From Octopus bimaculoides (lineage: Eukaryota): a stretch of 38,774 nt of DNA. Both the position numbers and the translations under genes were made by a program. The notes beneath the pieces were generated by a model. It was not told the DNA's origin. It searched no databases and was given only the letters and a program-made list of their open reading frames with translations. The first letter of the stretch is position 1; every line of letters begins with the position of its first letter. The stretch spans positions 108,061,488 through 108,100,261 of the forward strand of contig NC_068983.1 of the NCBI RefSeq assembly GCF_001194135.2, read 5' to 3'. Shown here one piece after another: positions 12,122-24,250 of this stretch.

Positions 12122-12296
12122 AGACCTGATATTGTCCTATGGGGCAGGGAACAAAAGTCATGCACTGTTATAGAGGTGAGTGCTGTCCAGCAAATGTAAA
12201 CTTCCCAACAAAAGTTCAAGAAAAAGAGACCATTTATGATGAACTAAGGAGTTGCTTAAAAACTTACAAATGTAGCAAGGAAGTTGACATGCATCC
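12122..12296 (+). mobile_element. RLE-type (R4/Dong/NeSL-like) non-LTR retrotransposon endonuclease remnant
   Basis: RPDIVLWGREQKSCTVIEVS, frameshift near 12181, then CPANVNFPTKVQEKETIYDEL. Matches the restriction-like endonuclease pattern RPD...IE(V)xxP...K..KY. Confidence 0.65.
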
Positions 12297-13476
12297 TTCA
12301 AATTCAATCTATAAGCAACACAATAAACATTTGTAAGATATTCCAAAGATTCTACATTTGAAATTCTTTAAATGAATACATGTATGCATCTGTATGAGAG
12401 AATTTACAAAGATGCAAATGTAAAAGGTAATCAAGCACACACACAAAACACTTAATTACCAAAACATAGAACATAAATGCAGCTGCATACACATACATAC
12501 AGGCACACACTAATTCAACCACATATTTACAAACCCAAGAACTGTCTTATCTCAAAGAGTCTTGTCACTTTGTTAGTGACCAGTTTGAATTTCATGAAGA
12601 ACTTAAATAAATCTCAAAGAAAATGTACATAACTACATACATACAAACATATATATCTATTCCCAATTATAGTGTATAAATTCCATCAAATGTGTCAAGT
12701 TGTTAGGCCCAAATCTGACTCTTTCTGAAATGGTGAGAAATTTGAAAGAAAAACTAGACATATAAGCATACAAGATGGCACCATGCTAGTGTGGAGAACC
12801 ACCTAAACTTTTTGAGCCTTTTCTTCTATAATTATGCCAACTGCCCAAGCCATTTTTCTTGTTATAAATAAAAGAATCTCTAAATAAAACTGATCCAAAC
12901 AGAGATGATTGTGGAATATTTAGATATTTATATAAAGCATTTTAAACCATGTTTGGAAACATTTCTTTTTCTAATTTCTATAAGGTGTGATTAAATAACA
13001 GGGTTTTTTTCACAAGATTAGGAAAAAAATCAATCACTCTCATGCTAAAAGTTATTGACAATATCATTGGAAACTATATAAAACCATGTGACAAGAAGCA
13101 TTGGCTATCAATAACTGCTTATATACAGCTGTTCTCACTGTGAAGGTCACCCATAACAGACAACATCCATGTGGTAATGAGTAGAAATAACCAGCCAGAT
13201 GGAAGGTAATGGAAAGCATAAGCATTTTACACTGCAAAATTGGACATTTAAATATCATAAGGTGGAAGGAAAACAATAAGTTCACAGCACACCAACATGT
13301 CAGTGAAAAATTAACAAAATGAAAAGAAATTCTACTCTTCAATATTTTGAGGGAAAATTGATAACTTCAGAATATGAACTCAAGATTGAAAAAGATACAT
13401 AAACAAACCACATTTAGCCAGGAATTTGCTTCTAATGCACCAGCTATTTACAGAAGGATGAATAATAAAGACTTCA

Positions 13477-13662
13477 CAAGGCCAGCAATTTCAGGGCAGG
13501 GAATTAGTTGATTACATTGACCTTAATACTCAACTGGTACTTATTTTATTGACCCCAAAAGATGAAAGGCAAAGTCAAACCCAGGAGAATTTGAACTCAG
13601 AACCTGTAGATGGATGAAATGTCACAAAGCATTTTGCCCAGCATGCTAATTCTGCCAGCTTG
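13477..13662 (-). mobile_element. tRNA-derived SINE (second octopus-type family)
   Basis: caactggtacttattttattgacccc...aggcaaagtcaa...gaatttgaactcagaac...ttctgccagct; B-box-like GTTCAAATTC on the minus strand. Confidence 0.8.
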
Positions 13663-13907
13663 AATAATAATAAAGGAATGAATAAAATGAAATAAAAGGA
13701 GTTAGTAATACAAGAAACATCTGATGAAAGTACTATAATGAAGGAAATATCAAACATTAAGAAAAGTACTTGTTAACCCAGAAAGCAGTCCGAAGCAGTG
13801 GAATGACAGAAGTGTTAGAGGGTCAGGTAAGGTGCCTTGAGACATTTATTGTCATTTCTCATTCATACAGTAATGCCTGCATCAATACTGGCACCAAGCT
13901 GTATATT

Positions 13908-13953
13908 AAGTTAGGAGCCACTAACTTGAATTGAAGTTAGTAGCCACTAACTT
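13908..13953. repeat. Four alternating inverted 7-mers at 13-bp spacing
   Basis: aagttag-gagcca-ctaactt-gaattg-aagttag-tagcca-ctaactt. Confidence 0.8.
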
Positions 13954-16530
13954 CCATTGAATAAACAACGGTGTCTTAAAGAAGGGAAACTTCATGCAGG
14001 GCAACTAGTATTCGTAGTAAATCCTGATCAATAGATCCCCTAAAAGAGATACATGCTAACTCTTAAAAAGATGAAGTTCATATTCCACAGAAAAAACGAG
14101 TAGAAAATTTATTTCACATTTCAACAGTTCTAGAGAAAAAATATTATAAAACTTGGAGTGTGTCTCAGAATTAAATCCAGGAAGCTTTGTTGTGACTCAC
14201 TAAATTTGGCAAATCATGTTCTGATGGGAAATTTTCAGACTAGAAAAACCCAAAGAATGAAGATTAATAGAAGTAATGATTAAAAAGGGCCACACTTGCA
14301 AATTCTGTCAATAATAGAGAGGTTAGTGTGGCAAAAATAGCTCCTCACCAACTAGGCTACATATTCAATTCTGTATTATCAAGAATGGATAGTATATGCT
14401 TAGAGAAATCCAGCCAAATCTGTCAGGAGTACCTCATTTTTAGTTAGATCTGACTCTTATAAAGATAACATATCTTCAGGTATGAAGATGCTTTCTAAGC
14501 AGCATAAGAAGTCCATCATTTAATCTTTTAAATACTTGAGGTTCCTTAGAGGCAGTTGATAGCTTTTGCGATTTATATGGTTGAACAATAGAGGAGAAAG
14601 GTATACCAAAAGCCAAGTAATCAGAGTAAGAAGAGGCTGGAATAAGTTTGTAGTAAAGCAGATAAAAATTGTATGATGTTTGTATTTGAAATGTGATATT
14701 AGAGGTAAGTGAGATATGAGCCTCACTGCAGTAGATTTAAGAAGACTAAAAAGAAATAAAGCAAACCCATGTTCCACTGGTTTAAGTTATATTAGTTGGA
14801 GGACAATATCTCACTCATAAATTTAAATTGTTTGCATAAATTACATTTGCCCTTCCCCAGGTTAGCTGTCTTATACAGTTTACTGCATGCATTTTATTGT
14901 AACATTATTAGCACTAAAGAGATTATCATATTTTCCAAATGACTGAGGGGTCCTCTTAATAGTACAGTGTTATTCCCCAAACACTTTACAAAGTGTTCTG
15001 GGTGCATTTTACCAAAGCATCTGTACTAGTTATTTACTTCTGCTTATTCAAAGCAACATAACCAAAATGGTAAAGAGAAGAGTGAATGATAATAAGAACT
15101 GGGTCGAGAGGGTGAAAGGAGAAAGAGCATAATGGGAGAAAGATATATATTTGTGCTTTAGCCCTGATTTATTTTCTATTGTGGTTAGAAAGAATATCAT
15201 TCTGAAGGAATTATTAATGGGTAGTCCATCTTTTGTTGATATAAATTGCCTTGTGAAAAGACTATAGGCACTTTTGTCTTTCTAGTCATTGTAAATGCTT
15301 TGTGATCAAGGCTTACAACTGACTACCATGCAGCATTGCACTTTGCACACAAGCATCACATAATCACCCTAGGGAGGAAACTCTCACACTGAAAGGTAAT
15401 ATCTCCTTTTCCCAATCTGATTTTTCTCTGGCTGTACACTTTCACAACACAGTTAATTAGGTCACCTAGGTAACAAAAGCTATTAACTACTTCTAGGGAG
15501 CTGTTCACGCATTTAAGGAAATCTATTTCTTAGTGCTATTTCCAGTGCACCTGCTGCATTTAAAAAAATCTAATCTGTTAGCTGCCTGTGACCCCCACTA
15601 CATCTCTTGTGCATCCATTGTTTACACTGAGAACACTTGAAATTTCTATAGATTTCTTTTTTGCATTTTCTACATAAAATAAATTTAACAGCTATGTGCA
15701 TTAACATAGAAAGTATAATGAGAAATATATATATAATTATGAAAGTAAACCCCGTTGCTCAATGTCACTTGCAGTCATGTGCAGGGAAGTTTATCTGTAT
15801 TAGCATGATGAGAATGTGTGCAGACAATAAAATATAATTGAGATAGCTGGTTAGCTTCAGGCAATTCTAAAATTATATATTGTTTAGAATTGAGGATTTG
15901 TTCCAATTGACAGCCTGATAAATTGGTTGATAAAATTGGTTTGAGATTAGATAACCGGTAGGAAGTTAATCTCTAAGCTGCTATGCATTAATTCATCAAA
16001 AATTCTCAAAAATGGTTTTGAAACCTATCTAATCATTGACCGAGTATGACTTGTGTTTTGATATTATAAATATGAGGAGTTGGCTGAATTCTAATTTAAC
16101 ATTGTATTCTTATGCTTAGCACCATTCTTTTTCTCTTTTGATTCCGTTAATTACTTCATTTTCTAAGAGCCACAGAAAGCGTCAACTTTCATTGTAAGAG
16201 TATTACTGCATATTCTAGACATTAAAAGAATTTATATTAGATGGAAGGAAATACAATGACAAAGTGAAAATGTGGTGAACAAATAATCCCGATTCTTAGT
16301 CAGTAGACTGAGGGACATCATGTAACATCTTTTAGAAAGATAATTAACTGTTTACTCTGGTTAAGTATAATATTTAAAATATGTGATTATTGATGGTCTA
16401 TACCTTGTTTGGATCTACTAAAGCTTGCATATGCTGCAATTTCCCTAATGATATTTAGCGTAAAATAATAAAAAGAAAGAACTCTATGGCTGACAGTAAA
16501 GGAACTGGATTTTTGATGCTGAGCATTACC

Positions 16531-16890
16531 TTTTACTTGTTTTAGTCATTAGACTGTGGCCATGCTGGAGCACTGGCTTGAAGGACTTAGTAAAACAAAC
16601 TGACCTCAATATTTTTTTTAAAGTTTGATACTTATTTTATCAGTTCACTTTTTGTTGAACTTCTAAATTATGGGTATGTAAACAAACCAACACTGGCTGT
16701 CAAATGATTGGGACTGGGGAGATGGAGACAAGCACAAAAACAAATACACGCATGCATACACACAACAGACTTCTTTAAGTTTCTGTTTACCAAATCCACT
16801 TGCAAGCCTTTGTTTGCCCCAAGGCAAAAGCAAAGAACACTTGCCCAAGGTGCAAAGTAGGACTGAACCTGGAGGCATGTGGTTTGGGTT
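16531..16890 (-). mobile_element. tRNA-derived SINE, near full length, CpG-decayed
   Basis: tagtcattagactgtggccatgctggagcac...accaaatccac...aacacttgcccaaggtgc...ggactgaacctgg; homologous to 25283-25646. Confidence 0.8.
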
Positions 16891-17841
16891 TTTTTCCTGG
16901 ATATACAAAACTGGAATTTACTTCCTTTTTTTTTTTGTCATTTTGCATTATATTGCTGTTTTTATCCATGACTCTGCAAAATACAGTATCAAACTTCTTG
17001 CCCTACCTCTCCATCCTATTTGGCATTCATATAAGTAATGCTTTATTGCATACAAAGTTAACAGCTCTTGAAGTTTCTTCCTCCATTATGTACTGCTGAC
17101 ATTAAAGCTAATTAAGTCACTTATGCTTTAACTGAGATAAGTTGTATAATGTCAAAATTATTACAGAACATTATTGCCTTTATGCAAGAGGTAGTTACTT
17201 AATTATGGATGTGTAATATGAGCAGAGCATACATTGGATGTGTTGAAAAAAGCCATTGCATAAGGGGGAAATATCACTTTCTTATATGCTATCAATGAAA
17301 ATTAATCTGGATTTATACAAAATTGGAGATACATAGACATATGCTGATATATCACCATCAGTTTCAGTAAGTCCATGCCAGTATAAAAACTGAACTTTGA
17401 ACACATGATAACGTTTGATCTCATAAATGTATGTGTGTGTGCAGGCATGTGACTAATGTACAGTTGCATATTTTCTGCATATTAATGTTAATTAGTGAGT
17501 AGTTATTAGCAAGAAATAAAGATAGAAAAAGGGATGTATCACATTCTTCTCTTGAATTGAATTTTTTTACAATATGCATGCATGTGTGTGGGTGTGTATA
17601 TATATATATATATATATATCTTAGAGCAATCTTTCAGGTTTTGTTTATGCATTATATAACACACAAACAAAGCCCGAAAGACTGCTTGGAGATTCATGAC
17701 TTATTTTATAAATATGCCTGTTTAAGTATCATAAAAGCATGAAACTATTAATAGTTCTTTTGGTTGTGTATTTAAATTGATATTCATCTCTCACTGGATG
17801 GAGTAATTTTTTGTTGATTCTATGTCTATTGGATCTTTAAA

Positions 17842-17843
<2 letters not shown>

Positions 17844-17914
<71 letters not shown>
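17844..17914. repeat. (TA)n microsatellite
   Basis: Uninterrupted TA run. Similar runs at 19834-20007, 21017-21055, 26840-26871 and 36814-36850. Confidence 0.95.
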
Positions 17915-17923
<9 letters not shown>

Positions 17924-17947
17924 ATATATATACACACACACATAAAT

Positions 17948-18129
17948 TTTTAGGGGAGGAGCAAGTTGAATACATTGACCTCAGTGCTCAACTGGTACTT
18001 TTTTAATTGACCTCAAAAGGATGACAGGCAAAGTCAACCTTGGTAGAATTTGAACTCAGAACATAAAGATGGATGAAATGCCACTAAACATTTTGCCTGG
18101 CATTCTAATTCTGTCAGTTTGCCACCTTA
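17948..18129 (-). mobile_element. tRNA-derived SINE, same family as 13477-13662
   Basis: tacattgacctcagtgctcaactggtact...ggcaaagtcaacc...gaatttgaactcagaac...gccacctt. Confidence 0.8.
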
Positions 18130-18883
18130 ATGCTAATATTATTCAGTAAGGAGATGGCCACATCATTAATCTTTAGTTATAAAAATATTTTTCTCTTAAA
18201 GAGGAACTTTAGCAAATTAAGACATATGAATTTAAGAAATACTCTAATAGTTTGATTATCTTAAACCAAAGGACAGTGAAATAGGGAAGTTTGGTAATCA
18301 GAACAGTGAAACCTGTCTTGGAGCAAACAACAATATTTGAATTTAAAAACATCTGTCCCTAATACTAAAACTTTTGCTATGAAAATTTAAATATTCCATT
18401 TCTGGTTACTGAAAAATTATAATTCATTTCAATCTTGAGGAAAATGTGATTATTAGTACATCACACATGAACCTAAAACTGCTTGTAGATAATTAAATGC
18501 ATATCATATAGACCAATAAAAAATATTTGTTTCCTTGGCCATCTTCTTAGAGCAGATGTTCATATTTCAATGAAGTCTACTGATATTTTTTTGTTTGCAT
18601 ATATTTAACATAAATGCCCTTAGCCTTCTTTTCTCCTCTTCTTTAGTTACTTTACTAAAAGAGCTAGACAAATGATGGAGACATCATGTAAATATATAAT
18701 CTAATAACCATTTTTTTAGAATGAAAGTATAAAGAATAAATATTTTAAAGGGGAAATGATTCTATATATTTAACTTTTTTTTGTTCAAGAAATAATACAG
18801 TCTACATGTAACAGGCAATTCAATAAATAACTATGTAGCACTATAAAATATTTTGGACAATTTCCATATTTCAGATAGTTATA

Positions 18884-18933
18884 TTTGGCAGGGTAGTGAA
18901 GAAACAACAATAGTTGTTTCTTCAATTGCCAAA
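18884..18933. other. Compact hairpin: perfect 12-bp stem, 4-nt loop, 7-bp outer stem
   Basis: tgaagaaacaac-aata-gttgtttcttca (18897-18924), flanked by tttggca and tgccaaa. Confidence 0.7.
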
Positions 18934-19399
18934 AGAGCAGAGGTGAAGGCAAAACAAGCTCTTAATTTCTCAGTGGATTCTACTAAGTTTATGTATACAT
19001 ACATATGCACATGCGTACACACACACAAACACACACATGTACATATACAGACATATGTATACATACACACATACACACACAAATATACATGCACACATAT
19101 AACAAAGAAAGAATAAATCATTTGAAAAAAAAAAGATGCATTATATTTTCGAAAAAAATCAAAATTAAAACCTTCTTTAAAGTATTAAGTTGTATTAGTA
19201 ACAATAATAAAATACTCTTCTAATTCCAGAATGATTCATGCAAGCAGATTTCTATGTTTTGCAATCTAACTAAATCTTTCTCATTTAGCATTTTTGAATA
19301 AGAGCTATTTTACTATCCTGAAGCATATAAAATCTAATCACCCTTATATATATTTAAATATATGAAGGCTGGTTAATGGGGTTTATAGTGTATCTTCAG

Positions 19400-19530
19400 A
19401 GCCCAAGACCTATTGGCCTATGACCTCATTGAAAAAGGGAGGAGAAAAGTCTGAATTATCTCCCTTCGCTAATGGCTATCAACTTCCAGTGGTTCCCAAA
19501 AGGCCAGCAGAAATCTCCTAAAATGCAGAC
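19400..19530 (-). pseudogene. Possible CR1/L2 AP-endonuclease remnant
   Basis: Minus strand HVCILGDFCWP...W...SEG resembles the ILGDFN motif; short and weak. Confidence 0.25.
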
Positions 19531-19590
19531 ATGGCCTGAAAATTTGTTCTGGATTTAAGTATAGACTCTGGCTTGAGTAAGCTATATATA

Positions 19591-19833
19591 TCATCATCAT
19601 CATCATCGTTTTACGTCCGTTTTCCATGCTGGTATGGTTTGGATGGTTCGCTTGGGGTCTGGGAAGCCAGGAGGCTACACCAGGTCCCAATCTGATCACT
19701 CCAAGAGTGTAGTGGGTGCTTTTTACATGCCACCAGCACAAAGGGCCAGAGGAGCTGGGCTTAACCACGATCGGATGGTGCTTTTTATGTGCCACCGGCA
19801 CGGAAGCCAGTCAAGGTGGCACTGGCATTGGCC
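19591..19833 (-). mobile_element. RTE-tailed short repeat, relatively young
   Basis: (TCA)n tail then gttttacgtccgttttccatgctgg...ggtgctttttatgtgccaccggcac; reverse-orientation relative of 11736-11925. Confidence 0.8.
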
Positions 19834-19862
19834 ATATATATATATGTATATATGTATGTATG

Positions 19863-19935
<73 letters not shown>

Positions 19936-19976
19936 ATATATATATATATGTACGTGTGTATATATATATATGAACA

Positions 19977-20010
<34 letters not shown>

Positions 20011-20516
20011 TGTTTTAATGGTGATTCTTACATGAACAGAATTACATTGTCCATTTCAATACTATATGATCTTGACCACATTTCTGACAAAATGCACATT
20101 TATGCCTTATACATGATCTTTTAAATAATCCAGAATTAGCAAGGACTTCGTAAAATAACTTCATTATCAATCGGGTATATAGAGAGAAGTTTACCCTAAG
20201 ATTCTTACAAAAATTTCAGATGAGCTTAAATTTTTCAATAGACATGTTTGTATTGTAAACTCAGGCGGGTTGATATCAGAAGGGCTAAGAAACTAAATAA
20301 ACTATTCTTTATAAATTCAATTCAGTCTAGAGCAGTCATGAGTAAAATGCAGCCTGCTGGTCTTTCTGAATGGTTCACTTAACAGAAAATTACATTGAAG
20401 TTTTTTTTAGTAGTACAGCCTGACTGATAATGAGACATGTTTCACATGGCCTGCTTCTTGGTAAAGATGTGATTTGTGAGAGATTTGGTTATTTGGTTCA
20501 CAGATACAGTCAGGAG

Positions 20517-20751
20517 TGTGCAAAAGTAGATACACAGTAAGTATCACACTAATGTTATAATACTTAATTCATTAAAATTATTAGCACCTTAATTTAGCCT
20601 CATTTTTGCTATTTTCAGTGTCATTAATCATTATAATACATTTATCATAACTATAATAATACTTTTATCGTCACTTTTAATTTATTTCATAAAAATAAAT
20701 GAGCATTGTACGTGTTTTCATTTTTCATCACTGTATACCTACTTTTGCATA
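20517..20751. mobile_element. Degenerate AT-rich MITE with 22-bp inverted termini (Tc1/mariner-like)
   Basis: tgtgcaaaagtagatacacagt (20517-20538) vs reverse complement of 20730-20751, tatgcaaaagtaggtatacagt: 19/22 match. Confidence 0.55.
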
Positions 20752-21015
20752 TATCAGATGGTTGTGATTTAAGGAATATTTGGCTGTTATTTAAAACATG
20801 CCTAACAACCATGTAGAGGTTTTGTTTATTAGTTAATACAAACACACATACATACATCCATTTAGCATTAACAGTCTCAAATAGGAGTACTCAATACCAT
20901 GATACAGATTAATATTTTATTTTGGTGAATCAGTGTGATTTTCACAACTTGCTTGAAGATATTGTGAAGATAGGTGAAACTCAGAGTAGCAACAAACTGA
21001 TTTGATCAAAATTAC

Positions 21016-21060
<45 letters not shown>

Positions 21061-22888
21061 ACTGTAGAATATTGTTTGATGGCTTTGTGGTATGTACACT
21101 AAGAGCTGTTTATAGTGATATTATTAAACTGTGACTTCCAAAATTATCAATAAAGTCTCCAAATCTGGTTCTTTGTTGATAATATAGTGCAGAGATACTT
21201 CAGATTTTCTTCTTTTTAAATGGTTTCTTTGCAAATAATGTTGGTTAGTCTAATGTCAATCACAAAATAAAATAGGTTTCAGTGAACAACATCAAATATA
21301 TCTATACTACTGACTGGATAGTTTCCACAATGCTGACTTTACAGCAGTTGAATGTTTACACTCTACACTGGTAAAATTCATAGTTCACTTTTCAATTTGT
21401 TTTGTTTTAGATAGTGTGAACCGTTCTAGTGTATTTGATATAGCAAGTCTGATAAATCTCACTAAATCATCCTTTTGCTATACATTATAATACTAGAGAA
21501 AAATCAATATGTATTATATATGAGAGATATTTTCCGAAGATTTCATTGCCCATAATTACATCTGTGCATTCTACACAAGTATGTATTATACACAAATAAA
21601 TATTTTAATATGCCTGGTTTTTAGAATACATAGTAATTGAGGAGAAAAGACAGAGATTCATAGAACTGATCAGTGAAAATTACATACCTCACATTTTATG
21701 TATGTATTTGCAGTCAATGTACCAAGTTCTTAATTGGGTTTTCAGTTGGTAAAGAGGCATATGGTAGCATGATTCACTTAAAAAAAAAAAACACGTTTTC
21801 ATGTGCAGCAGGGAGGTATGAAAAACAAGTCGTAAAAGTGAGACTTTGGTAAAGATAAGAGACTCCAAAATTTCCCTTGTTTGTGTGATGCCCAGAAATT
21901 TATTACAAATGATTGTAGTGTTTGCTAACAAATATGCTTTAGTGCTTTTATTTAATGGAGAAGCTAAGGTAAGGGGCTAGAAAGGTTTAACTTAAAGAAT
22001 AAAATGTCAAGAAATGCCCATTTCAATAGATTACATGGTTATTTTAAAACTGAAATTATAAGAACTTTTCAAATATCCTTATAATTAACTGAATGCTGTT
22101 TATTTAACTTTAAAAGTTGTCAATAAAATTGTAATTAAAGAAAGCAACTCTGCATGTCTTCCGGTATAGCTATCATACTACACTTGCAGAGAAACCTAGT
22201 TGTTTAGGATAAAGAGTGCAAACATATAATATTTAAAGCATAAATTGACTGTAAAAAGTGATTACATTTAACTGAAGGTTATTTTAAAGGGTAGGGAAGA
22301 TTTTTTTCAGACTGGAAAATATCCCCTACCAGTTTGTCTTGAATAAAAACTAAACCGTACAGTTCTAATATTACATTCTCAGAAGTATTTAGTTACAGCA
22401 AAAATTATCAAAGTATTAATTCTTCATAGAACATATAAAAATGAAAAACTGAATAATAACCAAAAGTAATATTTTCTTGCATATTATCAATCTTATAATA
22501 TCTAGGGGATAATAACATCAAGAGAAAGATTTAGTAGTTAGAAACCAAAGAAAAGAAATGGTAATAATTATGAATAAAAGTACAAAGTTATTTGAATATT
22601 AATAACAAAGATAAATAAGACTTCAAGGCTGGAAAACTATCAACATAGAAATAGAACATAAAGCAAATAATAGGATCTAGTTCAAAACAGGGGCACCAGT
22701 ATTTTCTTAACGAAACACTAACGAAACACTTTGAAACTTGGGACACTGGTAGAATGTGTCATATAAAACATCTTTTACTCTTAGTCTTCTTAACAAAAAA
22801 ATGTACATCGCAAGTTATTCCATGTTAAAGTTGTTGTATTTCTGTAATTTCAACCAATCACTAACGTCTATTCAGCTGTATAGAGTTA

Positions 22889-22948
22889 CTGCTGGCCGGT
22901 CATAAAAATGTTATTCCCCTGCTGGCCGGTCATAAAAATGTTATTCCC
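22889..22948. repeat. Perfect 30-bp tandem duplication inside the MITE
   Basis: ctgctggccggtcataaaaatgttattccc occurs twice. Confidence 0.95.
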
Positions 22949-23060
22949 TGTGACATATTTCATCCGGTTTAATCGTAATTTATACGTATATATTGTTTAT
23001 ATAATAAATTACGCTGTGCGTATCTATGTGTGTAACAATTTTAGAGTTCGGATTCTAGAG

Positions 23061-23091
23061 TTAGGGTTAGTTTTAGGGTTAGGGTTAGGGG
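23061..23091 (+). repeat. Telomere-like TTAGGG tract inside the MITE
   Basis: Four perfect TTAGGG units at 23061, 23073, 23079 and 23085, with degenerate ttagag units upstream. Confidence 0.9.
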
Positions 23092-23600
23092 ATTAATACG
23101 ATATACACCGTTACAGCGCTAACTGTTTTCAACTGAATAGACGTCAGTGATTAGTAGAAATTATCGAAATAAGACAATTTTTTACATGAAATAAATTCGA
23201 ATACAAAAATTGTTTTATGTTCTATAACACAAAATAGATAAGTATACGAAGTTTGAAAGTCTTTCGGTACCAAAAACACTACATAAAACATAAATGAAAA
23301 CTGGTGCCCCCATTTTGAACAAGATCCAAATAATATACAAAGGGGCAATTATGATATAAGTGAGTTTCTGCTTTATATCTTTTCTAAAAAATTATCTTCA
23401 AAATTGCTTCAAGAATTACAGTGTCAATGACACTGAAATTTAACAGCTTTCATCAGATTGAAAATTAATTAAAATTCAATTATACACATGAATTGAACAA
23501 GGGGAAGGATTCCTAGAAAATAGTGCTGTTTGAAACTTCTGGCTATTAAGTTCTTAGTAGAAAAAGAATCAATGAAATAGAGTTAAAACCTATCAGGATG

Positions 23601-23656
23601 TACAAATATTTACTGTGAATACAAATATTTACTGTAGTACAAATGTTTACGGTGAA
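23601..23656. repeat. Three-copy 18-19 bp minisatellite
   Basis: tacaaatatttactgtgaa / tacaaatatttactgtag / tacaaatgtttacggtgaa. Confidence 0.8.
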
Positions 23657-23754
23657 AAATATAAACACCATATTTATATATATATAGAAAAATTTTTATT
23701 TCAGAATGAGATAAAAAACCAAGGCTGTGAAGATTTTAGAACATTTATAAATAG

Positions 23755-23802
23755 GTCTTACAGCTGTTTCCAGGATATTTATTATATCCCTTCATCGGAG
23801 AC
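23755..23802 (-). ncRNA. Minimal type I hammerhead ribozyme motif (U4C core variant)
   Basis: Minus strand: GUCU-CCGAUGA-A-GGGAUAU-AAUAA-AUAUCCU-G-GAAA-C-AGCU-G-UA|AGAC. Helix I GUCU/AGAC (4 bp); helix II GGAUAU/AUAUCC plus a G-U pair; helix III A-U and C-G closing a palindromic CAGCUG; GUA cleavage triplet ends at 23759. Confidence 0.7.
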
Positions 23803-24250
23803 GGTATGAGAAAATGTTGAAGCAATAGTTAATTTAGATAAGATACGAAATATAGAGTGAAGTGGAGGAATGAACATAGATGTGAGATATGCAGGGATAT
23901 TGCATTTGTAGATCCATTATTTAAGCAGAATGGTATACACATAAGATTCCAATACCTTGTGAGTAAAATCCAATAGCATTTAAAATTGGTCATTCCAAGT
24001 ATAGAGTTTAAATAAAACCCTTGATTCAATAGCACTGTGTGCAAACTCTATACTTGAAATGACCAATTTTAAATACTATTGGATTTTACTTACAAGGAAT
24101 TGGAATCTTATATGTACACCATTCTGCCTAAATAATGGATCTACAAATGCAATAATCCCTGCATATCTCACATCTATTTTCATTCCTCCACATCACTCTC
24201 TATTTCATATCTTATCTAAATTAACTATTGCTTAACCATTCTCTCACACT

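Larger units (their letters stand above)
22673..23327. mobile_element. 655-bp non-autonomous DNA transposon (MITE), Merlin-like, with 8-bp TSD
   Basis: 28-bp TIRs starting GG (22673-22700 and 23300-23327, 25/28 match). Perfect direct repeat aaataata at 22665-22672 and 23328-23335. Second inverted motif at 22856-22878 and 23130-23152 (21/23). GG termini with an 8-9 bp TSD are characteristic of Merlin/IS1016. Confidence 0.8.

Noticed and set aside
13721-13750. CTGATGA...GAAA
   Set aside because: The intervening sequence cannot form helix II, and no helix I or III is present.
15805-15920. Box C/D snoRNA candidate (ATGATGA ... CTGA)
   Set aside because: No terminal stem or recognisable guide; expected by chance in AT-rich DNA.
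23061-23091. True telomere or chromosome-fusion scar
   Set aside because: Only four units, one orientation, enclosed within a TIR- and TSD-bounded element.
22889-23656. Short direct repeats as a CRISPR-like array
   Set aside because: The repeats are contiguous tandem duplications without unique spacers, the context is eukaryotic, and there are no cas genes.
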